DNA of 13,760 bases. Origin: Planctomycetota bacterium. Its GTDB lineage: Bacteria; Planctomycetota; UBA11346. Below are positions 13,504 through 13,760 of the stretch, piece by piece; the first letter of the stretch is position 1; each line of letters opens with the position of its first letter. The notes beneath the pieces were generated by a model. The model was not told the DNA's origin. It saw nothing but the letters and a program-made list of their open reading frames with translations, and made no database searches. The stretch covers positions 1-13,760 of the forward strand of contig JBBRLJ010000071.1 of NCBI GenBank assembly GCA_038231435.1. Reading direction: 5' to 3'. A program made the position numbers and the translations under genes.

Positions 13504-13760
13504 TCAGGCACGAGGCTTGATCGGCGTTGCTATATGCCAACAAACGCCAGCCGGATCGATCAGATGCACCTCTCTGAATCCCCATGGATAATCCTGGGGT
13601 GGCTTGAGCACTACTCCTGAATATGTATCGGACAGCCGCAGTGACTCGAGGTGAGTCCACCACGAATCCACATCATCGACCATCAGAGCCATCATGAAAT
13701 TATTGGCCATGTCGAGATTGAAGAAGTTTTGAAGATAGAATTCACAGGATTCATAAATCA
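13504..13760 (-). CDS. VOC/glyoxalase-bleomycin-resistance family protein, 5'-truncated by the window edge
   Basis: The frame is open to the window end: IYESCEFYLQNFFNLDMANNFMMALMVDDVDSWW...KPPQDYPWGFREVHLIDPAGVCWHIA. PWG.R....DP.G..W is the typical VOC C-terminal motif. Confidence 0.9.
   Translation of the reverse strand, partial: IYESCEFYLQNFFNLDMANNFMMALMVDDVDSWWTHLESLRLSDTYSGVVLKPPQDYPWGFREVHLIDPAGVCWHIATPIKPRA

Noticed and set aside
1..13760. CRISPR array, transposase, integrase or prophage genes
   Set aside because: No repeat-spacer array and no recognisable recombinase, transposase or phage structural motifs in any frame.

Overview
High-GC bacterial window in three parts; the gene style is reminiscent of PVC-group/Planctomycetota, which is only an impression. 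(1) Core-like block, 1-4730: a Cys-less FmdB-type zinc-ribbon gene and an LplT-like MFS transporter on the minus strand, divergent from purD, a YwlE-like low-molecular-weight phosphatase, a DUF4202-like gene and tRNA-Leu(CAA). (2) Three secreted-protein genes, 4958-8943: an alpha/beta-hydrolase-HEAT fusion, a clan GH-A glycoside hydrolase and a coiled-coil protein. (3) Eleven short co-oriented minus-strand genes, 9057-13760, ending in a truncated VOC/glyoxalase gene of about 49% GC. I see no integrase, transposase, CRISPR array or convincing attC site, and I cannot demonstrate a complete new multi-gene system. The most distinctive signals are non-coding: sigma70-like promoters with a 15-nt spacer recurring upstream of six genes, inverted 7-mer and 8-mer tandem arrays on either side of the phosphatase gene, and five helically phased GATC sites right after the tRNA. 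All family assignments come from recalled motifs, not database searches.
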